A stretch of DNA of 64,000 nt, taken from the NCBI GenBank assembly GCA_964016885.1, contig OZ024742.1, positions 53,506,001 through 53,570,000 of the forward strand, given 5' to 3'. Below are positions 25,801 to 39,841 of this stretch, piece by piece. The stretch is from Eledone cirrhosa. Lineage: Eukaryota. The notes below the pieces were generated by a model that saw only the letters and a program-made list of their open reading frames with translations, had not been told where the DNA came from and did not search any database. Position 1 is the first letter of the stretch; the number at the start of each line of letters is the position of its first letter. A program made the translations under genes and the position numbers.

Positions 25801-27700
25801 TGAAAGGGAATTGATAGATAGAGTAGAAGAGGCGATTAGGAGGGGCAACGTGGCCGGCGTGCTGGCGTTAAGAACGGCCCTAGACCAGTTCTTTGACGCG
25901 AAGCACGAGGGTTGTGTTGTCAGGAGTAAAACACGTGCTGTGGGTAACGAGGGAGCCAAAGCTGTTAGCTGGGCCCGAGTGACAGAGGCAAAAAGTGGAA
26001 ACAAGTCCACGATTCTGTCTTTGAAGGACCAGGATGGACGTGTGATCCTTGAACCTGAGCGGATGTGCGCGGCCTTTCAACGGCGCTTTGTTCGACTGTT
26101 CGGGAGTGGCGGCGGCCGAGTGAGGCCATGGATTTCGGTCCATACCTCGACGCACTGCCGCGGCTCTCGGACGGGGAGGCGAAGTCCTGCGAAAGGCCGA
26201 TACAGCCGCCGAAATAGGGGAAGCGCTGAGCCAATGCGGCAAACGCAAATCTCCCGGTCTCGATGGTCTAGCATACGAACTTATGTAGCGATGCCGGACT
26301 TGTTCTCCGATCTCCTGGAGGCGGTCTACTGCAACTGGCAACAGAATCGGAGAATTCCCAGTTCTGTAACCAAGGGCGTAGTCACGCTGGTGAGGAAGGA
26401 CGAGAATAAGGGGGATGACATAGATAACTTCAGGCCCATAACTCTTCTAAACACAGAGTTAAAGATTTTGGCCAAGGTGTTAGCGAAGAGGTTGGCGCTT
26501 GTCGTCGAGAACCTGGTGGGAGAAGCGCAGACATGCGCAATCCCGTCCAGGTCCATACACGACAACCTCCACCTCATGCGATACATCGTAGAGAGGGTAG
26601 GGAACGAACCCGGCTTTGGTGGGGCCCTGATCAACTTGGATCAATATAAGGCGTTCGATATGGTGACCATCGGTACCTGGATGCGGTCCTCGCGGCGGCA
26701 GGCTTCGGACCCGTTTTCAGAGGCTGGATTGCTGCAATGCACAGCAGTAACACCTGCTCGAGGGTCAAGGTGAACGGCTACCTCTCGGAGCCGTCCCAAA
26801 TCGCGCGATCCATCCGACAGGGATGCCCTCTCTCCTCCCTTCTGTATGTGCTGGCTCTCGATCCACTACTGCGGAAGTTGGAGCTGTTGCAGGGAATCCC
26901 CTTGGAACCGGGATTGCGGAAAGCGGTGTCGGCCGATGACGTGACAGTAATGGTGTTGTGCGCCTCGGAAATCGGGCAGATCGGCACCTTACTGGAGGAA
27001 TACGAAACGTTTACAGGAGCCAAGCTGAACCGGCACAAGTCCGTCGGTTTGCAACTCGGAATGTGGAGAGGCAAACCGATGCTCTCCGACGGCGTCGTCG
27101 GATGCTGGACGGAGGGACCGGTGAAATTGCTCCGAGTCTGGTTCGGGCCGGACCTCCAGGTGGAGAAAAACTGGGACGAGGTAACGGGCAGGGTGTTTGC
27201 ACTCGCCCAGAAGTGGGCCGAGTGCAAACTATCCCTGAAAGGTCGAGCGGAGGTGGCGAACACTTATATAGCGTCCATCATCTACTACCGCTTGACCGTC
27301 GTGCCTTGCCCAGCGAAAACGCTCGCCAAAATGGAGCGCGCGCTCTTCCGATTCCTTTGGAAGAAGCGGGCCCCTTTGGTGAGAAGATCCATCTGCTGTC
27401 AACACCCTTCGAACGGAGGGTTGGGGATGCCGTGGCTGACGATGCGTAGACACGCATTAAGGCTACGGCACCTCCAGGTATTCCTCACCGGTCAGCCGGT
27501 GTGGGCCTCTTTTGTGAGGTGATCCTTTCCGAGACTCGTCTCACTCACCGAGCTGCAATCCCGGGTCAAGCAAAGACTGAGAAAAGTGGGCGACTGGCAC
27601 ATTGAATGTGTCCAGGCGCTCACGGCCCTCTGGCAAGCGGATCCGGCAATCAGTGGAGACTCAACCTCGACATTTTATAGAGGGTTGGTGCACAGCAAAG
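22890..27700 (+). mobile_element. L1/Tx1-clade LINE copy C, 5'-complete, 3' part missing
   Basis: 5' UTR, frameshifted ORF1 (~23090-24870) and disrupted ORF2 from ~24907 (GDWNGILD, YTDHKL, NFRPITLLN, RQGCPLS). Breaks off at 27700. Confidence 0.92.
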
Positions 27701-30700
27701 CTGAAAGACAACGAGTAGCTGTAACTACAAGTCTCTCGGATACTGAAAATATAAGTGAACATTTTGAAAAAATGGAGTCTAACCCCAACGGGGAAAAAAA
27801 TGTGAACGCATACACCAACATAAATAATACAAACACAATAAAAAATGAAAATTGTAACAACAAAAAACAAGAAAGCCACATTTCGACAAATGTAAACAGA
27901 GAGGGGGCGAACAAAATGACGTTCGCGCAAAGCATAAACAAATCTACCGTGTACGAACTGATTGACATTTCGAACATGGCCCAGCAAATGGAAAATGCAC
28001 GGAAGTATATAACTTTGGAGGAGAATGGTTTATTTTCTTTAAATTCTCCCCCAGAGCTAAAAAACGAAAATAGCATAAAAACTATTATTTATAGGACAAT
28101 ATCAAACAAAACCCGTAAGCCAGTACAACTCACACAGACAGAGATTGAACTGGCGTTAAAAGATCATCTGAAAAACATTGTATTCATTCGGAAGGGTAGA
28201 CTCTACGGTAGTCTATCCATCCGAATGAAAGATGAATTGACGGCCGAAAAACATTCCCTGGCCCCAATTGTGTCCCCCTTATTTACCTTCTTCCCTACTT
28301 ATTTGGGAAGAAAAACACAAAGATTGACCATACACAGTATCGATCCAGATATTGAATTCTGGGCGGTACTGTGTGGCCTCCTCGACTTGAAAGAGGATGC
28401 AGTAATTTCGGTAGGTAAGTCTTCCAACAACGTGTTCGGTGGAACTAACCTGCAAGTTCTGGTGCAAATGTAGCCAGAACGAATTGCTAGGATCCCCGAC
28501 CGCATATTGCTGGATGGGCTTGCCTACTTACACATCACAGTGGGGGGTAGACGACCCGCTTGTTACCTCTGTGGCGACAGAGGTCACCTGAGGGCTGCCT
28601 GTTCCCAAGCAAACAAAAAAACACCGATTTTGCCCACACAAACAACTACAACACTAACAACACAACCTCCACCACCACCACAAAAACAACTAACACCACA
28701 AGTTAAAACACAACTGAAAAAAATCCCCCCCCCTACACACAGAAAAAACACAATAACAGCCACACCACAAACACGAGCCGAAAATGAACCCCTCCCCTCG
28801 AATACGGAAGACGACCCCTTTCGTCGTCAGACGAGGGGTGGGTGGGTGGGTAGGGGGGGGGGGGGGCATTTTCATAAAGTTAAAAGAAAAAAAAGAAAAC
28901 ACACCACAGGAACACAAATACAAACAACCCCTCTCCAAGACATAACACAGACATCAACACAAAAAAACACACAACAACAGCAAACAAAAAACATGACGCT
29001 AAAAGAAAAATTTGCATATACTTACTTAAATACAAAAAACAAAAAACTGTTAAACGTTATTTATAATAACAACTTAATAAAAAGCGAAAGTTCGAATTTC
29101 GCACAAGCAACGGGGCTTCCCCATCTAAAAATGATAAAAGCCCCAATGGACATTTACAAAACGTTAAAAGACAATTTTAAAGAGGACGTGCCCCCCCCCC
29201 CCCCCTGCGTCAGACTCATTAACCGTGTCTTCCTAAAAAAATCCCCCCCCAAGACACCCACACAACTCCCAAAACCCCAACCCCACCACACACTGATGCC
29301 CCTACACTTCACAAACCACCACCCCACTCAACAACCCATCCCCACCCCCATGGAAATTGTGCGGCCCGGTCCCCGGGACGCAGAGAGGTAAGTGCCTTTT
29401 CTCTTTACCACCAACATGGCTGTGTTGAGAATAGGTTGTCTAAATGCGCGTGGCCTGGGCTCACCTTGGAAGCAAGCAATGCTTCTAAATAACCTCAGGT
29501 CACGATGTATAAATGTGATCAGCAGCGTGCGACAGATGGCCCCCACCTTTGATGACTTTGAGATGCACGCATCTCTCTGTCAGCCCAGAGGTGGGGGTGG
29601 GGTTGTCGTACTGCTGCAAAAGCATCTGGGTCTCGCTACACAGAGGGTACACTTGGACCCGGAGGGTCGACTAGTGGTTCTGGACATTGGCAGTGGTGAA
29701 GGTGGAGCTTTTAGGCTGGTCGCCGTATACGGCCCTTTTGGGTCAACGCGGCCGGACTTCTTCCATCGTCTGGAGACTTTTCTAGGGACGTCTCGCTCCT
29801 TGCTTTTAGTGGGGAACTGGAATGGTATCCTAGATGCACGTTGGGACTATGTAGGGCATGTCCTGATAGAGGGATTGTAACAGCCTCAAGGGGTTAATCG
29901 GCCGATTCGACCTGGCCGATAGATATCGACTAGATTTTCCAACTGTGCCAACCTGGACTTGGAGAAACCATAGCGGTCAATCTAGATCGTACCTAGATAG
30001 GTTCTTAGTTAGAAATAAGGATAGGGACTTTTTAAGTTGTCCCAAAATGCTCATGGTTGGCTATTCAGACCACAAGTTAGTGACCTCCATGGTCAACCTT
30101 GATAGAACGCATAGACAGAGACCCGGGTTACTGGAAGCTCAACTTGTCCTTACCGGCAAGTAAAGCTTACAGGAACCGGATTAGTATATTAGTTAAGGAG
30201 CGGTTGACGGGCGCCATCATCAACAGCAGGTGGTGGGTCTCTCTCAAAAGAGAGATTAGAGTAGCTTCAATAGGAGTTAGTAAGGAGTTAGCCTCAGATA
30301 AAAATAGGAAGGAAAGGGAGTTGGTAGATAGTGTAGAAGAGGCAATTAGAAGCGGCGACGTAGCCAGAGTCCTAACGTCGAGAACGGCCTTGGGCCAGTT
30401 CTTCGACGCGAAACACGAAGGCTGCGTTGTCCGAAGCAAAATACGTGCTCTGGGAAACGAGGGGACCAAAGCTGTTAGCTGGGCCCGCGTGACAGAAGCC
30501 AAAAGTGGGACTAGATCCACTATCCGGTCTTTGCGAGACCAGGATGGACGGGTGATCCTTGAACCTAAGCAGATGTGCGAGGCTTTTCAAAGGCACTTTG
30601 CTCGATTGTTCGGAAGGGACGAGGGGCCGGATGGGGATGTGGACCTCGGTCCATACCTCGACGGCTTGCCGCGTCTTTGGGATGAGGAAGCGAAGTTCTG

Positions 30701-33045
30701 CGAGAGGCCGATCTCAGCTGCTGAAATAGGGGACGTGCTGAGCCAATGCGGCAGACGCAAATCTCCGGGCCTCGATGGTCTTCCATACGAACTGTATTTA
30801 AGTATGCTGGACTTGTTCTCCGATCTCCTTGAAGCGGTCTACTGCAACTGGCAACAGAACGGGAGAATTCCCTGTTCTGTGACCAAGGGCGTAGTCTCGC
30901 TAGTGAGGAAGGACGAGAACAAGGCGGATGAAATAAGTAATTTTAGGCCCATAACACTGCTAAATGCAGAGTTAAAGATTTTGGCCAAGGTGTTAGCAAA
31001 GAGGTTGGCGCTTGTCGTGGGCAACCTGGTGGGAGATGCGCAGACATGCGCCAGCTCATCCAGGTCCATTCACGACAACCTCCATCTCATGCAATACATC
31101 ATAGAGAGGGTTGGGAACGAACCCGGCTTTGGTGGGGCCCTGATCAACTTGGATCGACCATCATTACCTGGATGCAGTGCTAGTGGCGGCAGGTTTCGGA
31201 CCCGTTTTCAGGGGCTGGATCACTGCCATGCACAGCAGCCGCATCTGCTCTAGGGTCAAGGTGAACGGCTATCTCTCGGAGCCGTTCGAAATCACGCGGT
31301 CCATCCGACAGGAATGCCCTCTCTCCTCCCTTCTGTATGTATTGGCCCTAGAGCCACTGCTGCGGTAGTTGGAGTTGTTACAGGGCATCCCTTTGGAACC
31401 GGGTTTGCGGAAAGCGGTGACGCCGATGACGTGACAGTAATGGTGTCAACTGCTTCGGAAATCGGAGTGACCGGCACCTTACTGGAGGAATACGAAACGT
31501 TTACAGGGGCTAAGCTGAACCGGGACAAGTCAGTCGGTTTGCAACTAGGCGAGTGGAGGGGAAAACCGATGGCCTCCAACGGCGTCGTCAGACGTTGGAC
31601 GGAGGGCCCGGTGAAGTTTCTCGGGGTCTGGTTCGGGCCAGACCTCAGGTGGAGAAGAACTGGGGTGAGGTATCGAACAGGGTGTTTGCGCTGACGCGGA
31701 AGTGGGCTGAGTGCAAACTATCCCTGAAAGGTCGGGTGGAGGTGGCGAACGCTTATATAGCGTCCGTCATCTATTACCGCCTGACCGTCTTGCCTTGCCC
31801 AAGGGAAACGCTCACCAAAATGGTCGCGCACTCTTCCAATTCCTTTGGAAGAAGCGGGCTCCTTTGGTGAGAAAATCCATCTGCTGTCAACACCCTTCGA
31901 AAGGAGGGCTGGGGATGCCGTGGCTGTTGATGCGTAAACACGCACTAAGGCTACGTACCTCCAGGTATTCCTTACCGGTCAACCGGTGTGGGCCCCGTTT
32001 GTGAGGCGAGCCTTTCCGAGACTCGTCTCGCTCACCGAGCTGCAGTCCTGGGTCAAGCAAAGACCGAGAAAACTGGGCGCCTGGCACACCGAGTGTGCCC
32101 AGGCACTCACGGCTCTCTGGCAGGCGGACCCGGCTATCGGTGGAGACTCCACCTCGTCATTCTATAGAGGGCTGGTGGTTAGTAGGTGCGACGACACCCT
32201 TGGACAAGCCCTAGGCATGGAGGAAGACGAACTGGCCAGCCTATTCGGGAGGACATTTGGCCCGGGACCTATGGACAACTTCCAGAAGTCCCAGGCCTGG
32301 CAGTGCTACCGAGGGGCGCTGCCAGTTCGAGAAAAGCTCTACAGACACGGGCGCCCGGGTAGGAACCCCTCGAAAAAAATCTGCCCTAGATGCGTGCGCG
32401 ACAAGGAAACCGTTGCGTACGCATTGGTACACTGCTCCGGCGTTGCCGATCTGTGGGGCTATGTCGAACGACTGCTGTCACCGGTGGGACCAATCCGGTT
32501 GACCACTGAGTCCATTGTAACGATCAAGCCGCTTCTCCCCTTCAACAATGAAGGAGAGGCGGTCTTCCTCTGTGTAATAGCCATGATGAAAGAGGTGGTA
32601 TGGTGGACACGTTTGAAAGGGCTGAGGTCTGACACCTTTCTCTCCGGCCAACAACTGGTCCTTTTCTTTAAATACCATTTTAAGAGAAGGATCAGAATGG
32701 AGAGAGAGGTGCTCTACCCCAGCAAGTTTTATAAAAGGTGGGTGAAAGTAGCGAGAATGGCCCGTGTGAATGGGCCTTCTCTCTTTATCAGCCTGTAGGT
32801 GGAAAGGTGGAAGTGCAAAGGAGCACCCCCTCTCTGTGCTCCTAAGGAGAAGGGTTACACACTTTTTCGGGTGTGTGTGTAACCCCAAAAACGCATCCTC
32901 CCTATTGAGGACTGTATTGTTAATTTCATATTTGTTATATGTTTTTTTTTACTCGTTCCTTTATGAAACGCCCCCCCCCCCTTGTATTTTCCCCCTTCTT
33001 TTGTTCCCTCGTGGCAAATAAATAGAAACTTATCTATCTATTTAT
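27701..33045 (+). mobile_element. L1/Tx1-clade LINE copy D (divergent ORF1), 5' UTR missing, 3' end complete
   Basis: ORF1 with one internal stop (28473), knuckle CYLCGDRGHLRAAC and stop at 29391. ORF2 ~29416-32798 disrupted. AATAAA at 33017 then TATCTATCTA. Confidence 0.92.
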
Positions 33046-33133
33046 TTATGCATCTGTCTGTTTGTCTTTCTAACTCTCTCTCTCTCTCTCTCTTATTACA
33101 CACACACACACATACACATACACACACACACAA

Positions 33134-33187
<54 letters not shown>

Positions 33188-33625
33188 GATATATATGTAT
33201 GTGTGTATGCAAAAATTAAACGGATATACAACTCTGGGAAAAGGGACAGTACAATGAAGACATATATTAGTTTAACGCTTGATATTGTAGGAACAGAACT
33301 GAGGCGTATCGGAGGTTTGTATGTCATTAAATTATAGCATGAGAGATAAAAGAGGAAATAAAAGGATAGACGAGAATAAGACGAATAAAAAACAGAAATG
33401 TATTTTTTTTTTAAAGAAAAAGCACGTGCGTGCTGGTGTGAATTTAGTGAAGACTTCTAGCTTTAGGTTGCTTAACAAAGACTCTATACCCAGGGAAAGA
33501 TGCTTGTGAAGTGTTCTTATTTTAGATTATTTTACTGGGATATATCTATTTTCTTTAAGATGTTCTCTCTCTGTATGTGTATATATATATATCGTATATA
33601 TATATATGGCCTTCCAACTCCAAAC

Positions 33626-33664
<39 letters not shown>

Positions 33665-33864
33665 CCATATATGTATATATATATATATATATACCCCCCC
33701 ATATATATATATATATAACTTATCTCAAAGGGGCCCCGTCGTGATACATGGCGTGTCTTCTTGGGTATTTTAGACATTATACATGGCATCCCTTTCCCAT
33801 GACTAAATATAGCTGATTTCCCCCTGTGAAGAGGAAGAACAGGAGAAATAGAAATTGAAGAATA

Positions 33865-33995
33865 ATCCCCAGTACATGACTGGTACTCTATTTATCGACC
33901 TTGGTGGGATTTGAACTCAGACTACACAGAGAACCGGTGGGAATATCAAAAAGCATTCTATCCAACTATCTAACGACGCTACAAGTTACCAACTT
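33865..33995 (-). mobile_element. SINE family 1-like diverged copy
   Basis: CCCCAGTAC..ACTGGTACT..TTTATCGACC..GGTGGGATTTGAACTCAGA. Confidence 0.6.
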
Positions 33996-34302
33996 AAAAT
34001 GTATTTACTGAAACAAATATATGTTCTGTTCGATATTCATCTCAATCATAAAAAGAGATTAATGTTCAACTGTAGATATTGGGTGTATTTGAATCATTTT
34101 GGTGTTCATATTTAATAAGTATATATGGACACATAACTTCTGATGAATTCCTAAGGGTACCATATTAACACAGCGTTACTTGGATAGTCTCAACCTAGCG
34201 GAACGCATCTCGTCTTCAGCTCTGAACATAACAAATTTATTGCAGAGAAGAGATAGAGGATGAGAGAATGGAAGCGAGAAAAAAATATAGAGGAAGAATC
34301 GG

Positions 34303-34455
34303 AACCAGTACTAAGCTGGTACGGTTTTATCGACCTCGAAATGATGAAAGGCGTAGCTAACATTAGGGAGATTTGAAGTCAGAGAGCAGAGAGCCATAAC
34401 GAATACCGGAATTCATTCTATCTGAAGTTCTAACGACTCTGCCAATTTGACACCA
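34303..34455 (-). mobile_element. SINE family 1-like diverged copy
   Basis: CCAGTAC..CTGGTAC..TTTTATCGACCTCGAAATGATGAAAGGC..GATTTGAAGTCAGA. Confidence 0.6.
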
Positions 34456-34709
34456 TATTTAAGACAGTATCAGATGAAACATTTAATGCACTATTAGATG
34501 AATCATTTTTTAAAACTCCAATTCATCCAATACATACACGATAGATAAAAACACACATTAACTTAATGTCGCTCCTTATTAATTCCTATATTACTGGTTT
34601 CTGTCATTCTAATGGGATCTATCATATTTCACAATAGATTACTGAAATAAGCCTACTCTCTGTAGAAATGGATATAAATTGGTATGGGTCTACTTTATAT
34701 TTTCATGAG

Positions 34710-34710
<1 letters not shown>

Positions 34711-34774
<64 letters not shown>

Positions 34775-34811
34775 GCAAACACACAAGCCTATATATATAT
34801 ATGAATATATA

Positions 34812-34854
<43 letters not shown>

Positions 34855-35038
34855 TTATATATAAATATATATATATATGTATATACATATATATAGAGAT
34901 ATATATATATGTATATACATATATATATAAATATTTATGTATATATATATAAATCAATATATATATATATACATACACACACATATATATATGTATATAC
35001 ATATATATATATAAATATTTATGTATATATATATATAA

Positions 35039-35109
<71 letters not shown>

Positions 35110-35133
35110 CATATATATAGATATATATATATG

Positions 35134-35178
<45 letters not shown>

Positions 35179-35179
35179 G

Positions 35180-35277
<98 letters not shown>

Positions 35278-35640
35278 CATATATATATATAAATATATAT
35301 GTATATATATATATACTTACATATATATAAATACATATATATATATATATATGTATATACATATATATATATAAATATATATGTATATATATATATACTT
35401 ACATATATATAAATACATATATATATATATATATATGTATGTACATATATATATATATAAATATATATGTATATATATATATACATATATGTATATATAT
35501 ATATACATATATATATACATACATATATATGTATATATATATATATATACTTACATATATATAAATACATATATATATATATGTATATACATATATATAT
35601 AAATATATATGTATATATATATACATATATATATACATAC

Positions 35641-35673
<33 letters not shown>

Positions 35674-35836
35674 AATATATATGTATATATATATATACAT
35701 ATATATATACATACATATATATGTATATATATATATATATATATACTTACATATATATAAATACATATATATATATATGTATATACATATATATATAAAT
35801 ATATATGTATATATATATACATATATATATACATAC

Positions 35837-35869
<33 letters not shown>

Positions 35870-36030
35870 AATATATATGTATATATATATATACATATAT
35901 ATATATAAATATATATGTATATATATATATACATATATATATACATACATATATATATAAATATATATATATATATATTTGTATATTTATATATACACCC
36001 CCCCCCCCCCCCCCACACACACATACATAT
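34711..36030. repeat. About 1.3-kb complex (TA)n microsatellite with higher-order sub-repeats, ending in poly-C/(CA)n
   Basis: Directly visible; recurring interruptions such as ATACTTACATATAT and AAATACAT. Confidence 0.97.
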
Positions 36031-36194
36031 TTTCATACTGATGTGTTTATTTTATTTCATTGCTCTATAATTTGTGAAGAATAGCGTCACCTGTGACAGA
36101 TTTTCTACAGGACGGTAAGTGATCTATCAGTATTTTATGGTGAGAGTGACTACTACTGACCGTATACTAGCCGTTATAAATTGGAAATTCCATT

Positions 36195-36560
36195 CAAGCT
36201 CGTATGATAACAAATTTGATTCCTGAAGAGGGCGGTGTGTTGTGTCGTTGAGCATGACACTTTATTTCTCATTGCTGAGATTCAACTAGCTGGCAAAAAT
36301 AAGCTGTGCTTTTAATTCAAAGGAGCTAGCCTTGTTGTACACTGTGTCACGCTGAATCTTTGAGAATTACATTAAGGGTACAGGTATTTGTGGAATGCCC
36401 AGCTTGTTAAAAACGGTGTCACGGTGAGCCATCCTGAGTAATAAACTAAGAGTACACATATGTGTATAATACTAACCCACGAGCACAATAACTTTGTGAA
36501 CAGGATGATTGGCGATCAAACATATTGGAACTGACAGTGGTCTAACAATAACTGCCAGCA
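36195..36560 (+). mobile_element. SINE family 2 copy
   Basis: GTTGTGTCGTTGAGCATGACACTTTATTTC, AGCTGGCAAA, TGTGTCACGCTGAATCT, GAATTACATTAAGGGTACA. Confidence 0.65.
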
Positions 36561-36895
36561 TAGATTTCACAGACACAGAACAGTACCAGCTTTTGGGTCT
36601 GTGGATTGGGATGTGTGAAAAACAAGATAATTCAAGTAGTCATTCTAGAAACGAAATAAATTAAAAAATATAAGTGATTTGTGTAATTTTTGTTTAAAAA
36701 ATTAGCTTCTGGTATTAAATGCTTGACAAAAAGCTCATTTATATTTAAAATTAGACCACCCGTGACTCGTTGGATCACATTCACTTCAAAATATAAAAAA
36801 AAAATCATGTTCACTTAAAAAGAATTTATAAATAATTAAAATATAGACAGACATGTATATAATGTGAAATGAAACTGGAAGGCCCATATATAAAC

Positions 36896-36959
<64 letters not shown>

Positions 36960-36986
36960 GTGTGTGTAAACATATATATATGTATG

Positions 36987-37069
<83 letters not shown>

Positions 37070-37343
37070 ATAGAAATGGCTGTGTAGTTGCTATTTAAGA
37101 TAACTTAAAATGCAGTGGGAATATGAAGAAAGCAAGAAGGCGGGGGGGGGGGAGTTTTCCTCATCAGTTGTCTACTGGAGATCTCGGATATTTCTACGCT
37201 TTAAAGACAAAATATCTTCCGCCCAGGGTGTTCAATAACTGGATAAGTTATTGGGAAAACGGAAGGAGAAAACAGTAACAAAACAGCGAAAAAAACAACA
37301 AACCGAGCAATATGCGAGCAACTATAGGTAGGAGTATATATAT

Positions 37344-37674
37344 ATATTGTTATACTTTGGGAGGGTCATGTTGCCAATAAGAAACACACGCACCTGTTGC
37401 TTTCACTTCAATTTATTATAATAAATTTATAAATTTCCGGTTGGTTGGTTGGTTCCACAACCATATGGTTGTTTATATATTGTCAAAGTTCTTTCGTCAC
37501 ACATTCTGTGACCTCTTGACAATATATAAACAACCATATGATTGTGGAACCAACCAACCAACCGGAAATTTATAAATTCCTAAATTTATAAATTTATTAT
37601 AATAAATTGAAGTGAAAGCAACTGGTGCGTGTGTTTCTTATTGGCAACATGACCCTCCTAAAGTATAACAATAT
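37344..37674. repeat. Palindrome (arms ~143 and ~159 bp) whose 29-nt spacer is a truncated hammerhead core
   Basis: 37344-37486 is the reverse complement of 37516-37674 with few mismatches and one extra ~15-bp block. The centre on the minus strand reads TTGTCA-AGAG-GTCACA gaatg TGTGAC-GAAA-GAAC-TT-TGACAA. Confidence 0.88.
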
Positions 37675-37785
37675 CAGTTTCAACACACGTTTTCAGATAA
37701 AGAATCTTGCTAAACAAATTCAGAAACGATATATATATATATATATATATATGTGGGTGTCTGTGATCTATATACACTGGTCATA

Positions 37786-37866
<81 letters not shown>

Positions 37867-38019
37867 ATACACACACTCACATATACATATACACAACAAC
37901 ACCAACAGCTCTCTCTCACTTCGATTCTCCTTCTCTGTCTCCTGTCAATCTCTCTGTGTTTCTTTTTCAATCTACATCTCACAACCATTATCGCTTTCTC
38001 TCTATCTTTCTCTCTCTCT

Positions 38020-38226
38020 CTGTTCGTGAAGGTACCCGGAAAAACCCCGTATCTCAGGAACCCGTGCTCCGATTTACCCGAAACTTGTTTCATTCCCTTT
38101 GTATCCCCATTTCAGGGTCATCTTCCTTTCAAAGTATTTTCCCATTATGCGCCCTTTTGGCTGTATTACATTACAGACAAGCAAGCAAGCAAGCAAGCAA
38201 TCACAGAGTTTCAGTACTATATAGAT
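38020..38226 (-). mobile_element. Possible non-autonomous Helitron/Helentron-like fragment
   Basis: Minus strand begins ATCTATATAGTACTGAAAC and then (GCTT)n, the layout of small invertebrate rolling-circle repeats. No 3' hairpin confirmed. Confidence 0.3.
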
Positions 38227-38745
38227 ATACATGGTCATTTCATATTTAATATTTTCACTTCAACGAATATAAATAATGATCTATAATTAAAATTCATCAA
38301 CAGAAAGGAAATTTTACACAAGTTAACTAAGAAAGTTTTCATGGTTTAAAGACCAAGACCAAATTGTCAAATACATATTTTTGCATTCTTTTATGTTTTC
38401 CACTGGTTTCAGTTATTAGACAGGAACCATCACATAGCTACGTATATTTTCTTTCTTTCAAGTTGGGTCCATATTTTACCAATCTGTTTTTCGTTAAACG
38501 GGATGTAGACAAAAAAAAAAAACAGAGTCAAACGTCAACGTAAACTCGGGCGCATATACACGCACAAACGTAAAAGCAATCACAAAGACTCATGGATTCC
38601 CACACTATATATATGTCCAATACGCCGTAACTCTCATTCATTTCTTCCCAAGCGTGAAACTAATAAGATTTTGTGTTTTTGCATCTCTGTGTTTGTTTTG
38701 TTTATTCTTGAACTACACGCAACCCCCCTCTCTCTCTCACACACA

Positions 38746-38850
38746 CGAATGCATATATATATATATACATATATGTATGAATGCATATATATATATATAT
38801 ATATATACATATATGTATGAATGTATATATACATATACATATATGTATGA

Positions 38851-38895
<45 letters not shown>

Positions 38896-39066
38896 TGTAT
38901 GAATGTATATATATATATACATATATGTATGAATGTATATATATATATACATATATGTATGAATGCATATATATATATACATATATGTATGAATGCATAT
39001 ATATATATAAATATATGTATGAATGCATATATATATATATATACAGTATATACATATATGTATGAA

Positions 39067-39110
<44 letters not shown>

Positions 39111-39118
39111 TGTATGAA

Positions 39119-39174
<56 letters not shown>

Positions 39175-39211
39175 TGCATATATATATGTATGAATTCATA
39201 TATATATATAT
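38746..39211. repeat. Minisatellite of (TA)n-CATATATGTATGAATG units
   Basis: About a dozen units with variable TA length. Confidence 0.92.
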
Positions 39212-39761
39212 ATGAAATATCTATGATCTTCGGCAAATCACTGATGAGGGACGTATTTTATTACATGTTACCATGTGCTACCTGCAGTATTTTTCTCTAT
39301 ATTTTAATACATATATTTACCACTGCGATTCTGTGTTTTTTTCTCTCTCTCTTACTGTTCCCCCATTCTCTCTGTTTCTCCCCCTCTGTCTTGTCCGTTA
39401 ACTCTTCCTCACACTTTCACTCACTCACTGTTTTTCTCCCTCTTCTCTTCATTTCATCCTGCACTCACGGACGCTATTTTTTCTCTCTCTGCTCAATGGC
39501 CTTCGTTCGTGCTGGCACTATTCTTTCTCTAAGCGCTCATATATTCACCTAGCTTACGCTAACAGAATAATTTTTGAAGCTTGTTTCTCTCCCACGGTAT
39601 GCTATATTTTCTGTTGTTCTCCTGTCTCACTCGCTTTACGCGTTTTAATTGTCCTAATAACTTATTTTGGTTATTATTGCACCGAAGTGAGATATATGAT
39701 TTTTAATGCAATGAAATATCTATGATCTTCGGCAAATCACTGATGAGGGACGTATTTTATT

Positions 39762-39764
<3 letters not shown>
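39212..39764. repeat. 54-bp perfect direct repeat, 499-bp period, embedded in (TA)n
   Basis: ATGAAATATCTATGATCTTCGGCAAATCACTGATGAGGGACGTATTTTATTACA at 39212-39265 and 39711-39764. Confidence 0.9.
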
Positions 39765-39824
<60 letters not shown>

Positions 39825-39841
39825 TGTATGAATGCATATGT

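Noticed and set aside
34139-34225. CTGATGA (+) and CTGAAGA (-) strings
   Set aside because: No correctly placed GAAA, stem III or stem I.
34684-36036. Long YI/IY, SL/TH, ER and CV ORFs here and at 10485-11219, 38634-39236, 45488-46178 and 52089-52751
   Set aside because: Translations of stop-free microsatellites, not genes.
37071-37180. Minus-strand CTGATGAGG followed by a pyrimidine loop
   Set aside because: Possibly a decayed hammerhead, but GAAA and the stems are not recoverable.
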